A stretch of DNA of 46,866 nt from Candidatus Nanohaloarchaea archaeon (lineage in GTDB: Archaea > Nanohalarchaeota > Nanosalinia > Nanosalinales > Nanosalinaceae): positions 1 to 46,866 of the forward strand of contig JBDGRD010000033.1 in NCBI GenBank assembly GCA_042218425.1, read 5' to 3'. The position numbers and the translations under genes are program-made. The notes under the pieces were generated by a model, which did no database searches, had not been told where the DNA came from, and worked only from the letters and a program-made list of their open reading frames with translations. Of the stretch, positions 44,727-46,866 are shown in pieces (within the stretch, counting starts at the first letter, position 1; every line of letters starts with the position of its first letter).

Positions 44727-46763
44727 ATGCTAGAATCTCTCTTCTCGCCGGACCGGGTAGCGGTTGTCGGCGCGTCGCGTGAGGAGGGGAAAACCGGCCA
44801 CGAAGTGTTCGACAACCTGCTCCACGACTTCGAAGGTGAGGTGTACCCGGTCAATCCGAATGCCGACGAGATACACGGCGAGAGGTGCTACGACGAGGTC
44901 CAGAGCGGCACAGACCTCGTGGTGGTCGCAGTCCCGGGCAAAATCGTGCCGGACGTCCTTGAAGACGCGGGCGAGAAAGGAGTTGAGGCGGCCATCGTGA
45001 TATCGGCAGGTTTTTCGGAGACCGGGAACGACGAGCTGGAGGAACGCGTCCTCGAGATCTGCGAGGAAGAAGATATATCGCTGCTCGGGCCGAACGTGCT
45101 CGGGCTCATAAACACCGAGAACTCGATGAATGCCTCGTTCGCGTCCAGGATGCCGGAAGAGGGCGGTATTTCCTTCATGTCGCAGTCCGGCGCTTTCTGC
45201 ACGGCGATACTTGACTACGCAAAGGCCGAGCACATCGGCTTCCGGCACTTCGTGTCGCTCGGGAACAAGGCGATGCTCGACGAAATCGATTTCCTGGAGA
45301 AATGGCGTGGAGATGGGACGGAAACCATAATAGGATACACGGAGGGGATAGAGGACGGCCGCGAGTTCATGGAGCGCGCCCGCGAAACCTCGCAGGAGAA
45401 ACCGGTGGTGATGATAAAATCCGGGAGGACGGATAAAGGCGGCGACGCAGCCTCCTCCCACACCGGGAGCATCGCAGGCAGCTACGAGGCTTACAGAGCT
45501 GCGTTCAGGCAGTCAGGTGTTGTAGAGGCGGAGTCGAACCGGGAGCTGCTTGACTTCGGCCGGGCGTTCGCCTACCAGCCGCTTCCGGAAGGCCGTCGAG
45601 TGGCGGTCGTGACAAACGCTGGCGGCCCTGGAGTCGTGACTACAGACGAGATTTCGCAGCACGGCCTTGAGATGGCCTCCTTTGAACCGGAGACGAAACG
45701 GGCGCTTCAGAAGGCGATGCCAGAGGAGGCGACGCCCCACAACCCGATGGATGTTATAGGCGACGCAGGTCACGACCGGTACAGGGACGCCCTCGAACTC
45801 GTGCTGGAGGATGGAAACGTCGACTCGGTCGTGGTTATACTGACACCTCAGGCCAACACCGAGATAGAGAAGACCGCGAAGACAATAGTCAAGGCCGCGG
45901 AGGAGTCGGACAAGCCGGTTATGGCCTCGTTCATGGGCGAGGACGACGTCGCGCCCGGTGTCGAGATACTGGAGAAGAGTCACGTGCCTGATTTCCAGGA
46001 CCCTGTGGACGCTGTCAAGACGCTGGAAAGGATGGTCCAGCACCGCGAATTCCTGGAACGCGACAGGACGTTCCGCGACGTAAACTATGATGAGGAAAAG
46101 GCCCGGGAAGCCCTTGAGGACTACTCTGACTTTACCGAAGGCGAGAAACTGTTCGACGCCTATGGCTTCGATATCGCGTTGACAGAGCTGGCGGAGGCGC
46201 CGCACTACGCGGTTGAGGCCGCTTCAAAGGTCGGATACCCGGTTGTCATGAAGCTTGCATCGCCGGACATCGCCCACAAGACCGACGTGGGCGGGGTCAA
46301 GACGAACGTGACATCGAAGGAGGAAGTCAAGTCGACTTTCAATGATATGGTCGACAGCGTACACCACGAGAAACCTGGTTCCGAGATATCGGGAATCCTG
46401 GTCCAGGAGGAGATGGACGGCCTCGAAGTAGCGCTCGGACTGAAGCGCGACCCGCAGTTCGGGCCGATGGTGATGGTCGGCCTCGGCGGCATCTACATAG
46501 AGGCGCTCCACGACGTATCTTTCGGGATCGCACCTATCAGCGAGGAGACCGCGGAACGGATGATAGAAGAGCTTCGGTCCCACGAACTGTTCGAAGGCGT
46601 CCGCGGCGAGGAACACGATTTAGAGGCGGTGAAGGATGCCATCATACGGCTCGGCGAGATCGGACTCAACCACGACGAAATCGAATCCATCGACCTCAAC
46701 CCCCTCGTCCTCACCGAGGAAAAGGCGTACGTCACCGACATCGAGGTCGAATTGTCGGACTGA
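44727..46763 (+). CDS. ADP-forming acetyl-CoA (acyl-CoA) synthetase, fused alpha/beta domains
   Basis: The CoA-binding N-terminus is FSPDRVAVVGAS. SQSGAF is present, the phosphohistidine segment is ASSHTGSIAGS, and there is a C-terminal ATP-grasp domain. Confidence 0.92.
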   Translation: MLESLFSPDRVAVVGASREEGKTGHEVFDNLLHDFEGEVYPVNPNADEIHGERCYDEVQSGTDLVVVAVPGKIVPDVLEDAGEKGVEAAIVISAGFSETGNDELEERVLEICEEEDISLLGPNVLGLINTENSMNASFASRMPEEGGISFMSQSGAFCTAILDYAKAEHIGFRHFVSLGNKAMLDEIDFLEKWRGDGTETIIGYTEGIEDGREFMERARETSQEKPVVMIKSGRTDKGGDAASSHTGSIAGSYEAYRAAFRQSGVVEAESNRELLDFGRAFAYQPLPEGRRVAVVTNAGGPGVVTTDEISQHGLEMASFEPETKRALQKAMPEEATPHNPMDVIGDAGHDRYRDALELVLEDGNVDSVVVILTPQANTEIEKTAKTIVKAAEESDKPVMASFMGEDDVAPGVEILEKSHVPDFQDPVDAVKTLERMVQHREFLERDRTFRDVNYDEEKAREALEDYSDFTEGEKLFDAYGFDIALTELAEAPHYAVEAASKVGYPVVMKLASPDIAHKTDVGGVKTNVTSKEEVKSTFNDMVDSVHHEKPGSEISGILVQEEMDGLEVALGLKRDPQFGPMVMVGLGGIYIEALHDVSFGIAPISEETAERMIEELRSHELFEGVRGEEHDLEAVKDAIIRLGEIGLNHDEIESIDLNPLVLTEEKAYVTDIEVELSD

Positions 46764-46801
46764 GGCAAAAGAGATTATAATCTGGGAGATGATTCTAGGC
46801 T

Positions 46802-46866
46802 ATGGTAGATGGAGAAGAGGCGCTGGAGCTTCACTCGGAAAACCCTGGGAAGATTTCGGTCGAGCC
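46802..46866 (+). CDS. 5' end of a probable NAD(P)-dependent malic enzyme gene (runs off the window)
   Basis: MVDGEEALELHSENPGKISVE resembles the conserved malic-enzyme N-terminus (EAL.xH...PGKI.V). A TATA-like ttataatc lies about 10 nt upstream. Only 21 codons are visible. Confidence 0.45.
   Translation, partial: MVDGEEALELHSENPGKISVE

Noticed and set aside
1-46866. Search for CRISPR arrays, rRNA genes, transposases or integrases, and long terminal or direct repeats marking mobile elements.
   Set aside because: Reading through the window found no regularly spaced repeats, no rRNA-like conserved stretches and no recombinase-like ORFs. The tRNA gene has no visible duplicated 3' fragment nearby.

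Overview
The window is a compact, almost entirely coding stretch of an archaeal chromosome. PolD, histones, Orc1/Cdc6, RadA and RPA together point to a euryarchaeal or DPANN-type lineage. The proteins are strongly acidic, which suggests a halophile, possibly a nanohaloarchaeon; that assignment is inference only. No rRNA genes, CRISPR arrays, transposases or integrases were seen.

Notable content:
- **Replication and repair island.** A candidate oriC with inverted ORB repeats lies directly upstream of a translationally coupled orc1/cdc6-PolD(small)-PolD(large) operon. It is followed by DnaG, an rpa-radA pair, two histones, a PolB-exonuclease-like protein, family-B DNA polymerase and an Ogg-type glycosylase.
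- **tRNA.** A tRNA-Thr(CGU) is interrupted by a 77-nt intron that folds into three hairpins.
- **Long minus-strand block.** It encodes a P2-type ATPase, a Cys-rich mini-protein, a His/Cys membrane protein, CcdA and a stand-alone ATP-cone protein, then a 2-oxoacid dehydrogenase operon (E1alpha, E1beta, E2, E3). This block sits next to an ADP-forming acetyl-CoA synthetase and the start of a malic enzyme gene.

Items most worth follow-up:
1. Three tandem, tightly coupled paralogous genes of unknown function, possibly SRPBCC/Bet v1-like (10540-12277).
2. A 511-bp ORF-free structured region (26870-27380).
3. A hairpin-rich 178-nt spacer inside the dehydrogenase operon. Its UUCG and GGAA tetraloops, TATA-like box and T-run fall on the strand opposite the operon, suggesting a candidate antisense-strand sRNA.
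4. A C2H2 zinc finger-TM-DsbA fusion that overlaps the start of an Ogg gene lacking the expected catalytic Asp.
5. A polyprenyl-synthase-like gene split by a frameshift.
6. A Cys-free RPA and a RadA with a GSAKT Walker A motif.

All calls come from reading the supplied translations and sequence by eye. No database search or RNA folding program was run.
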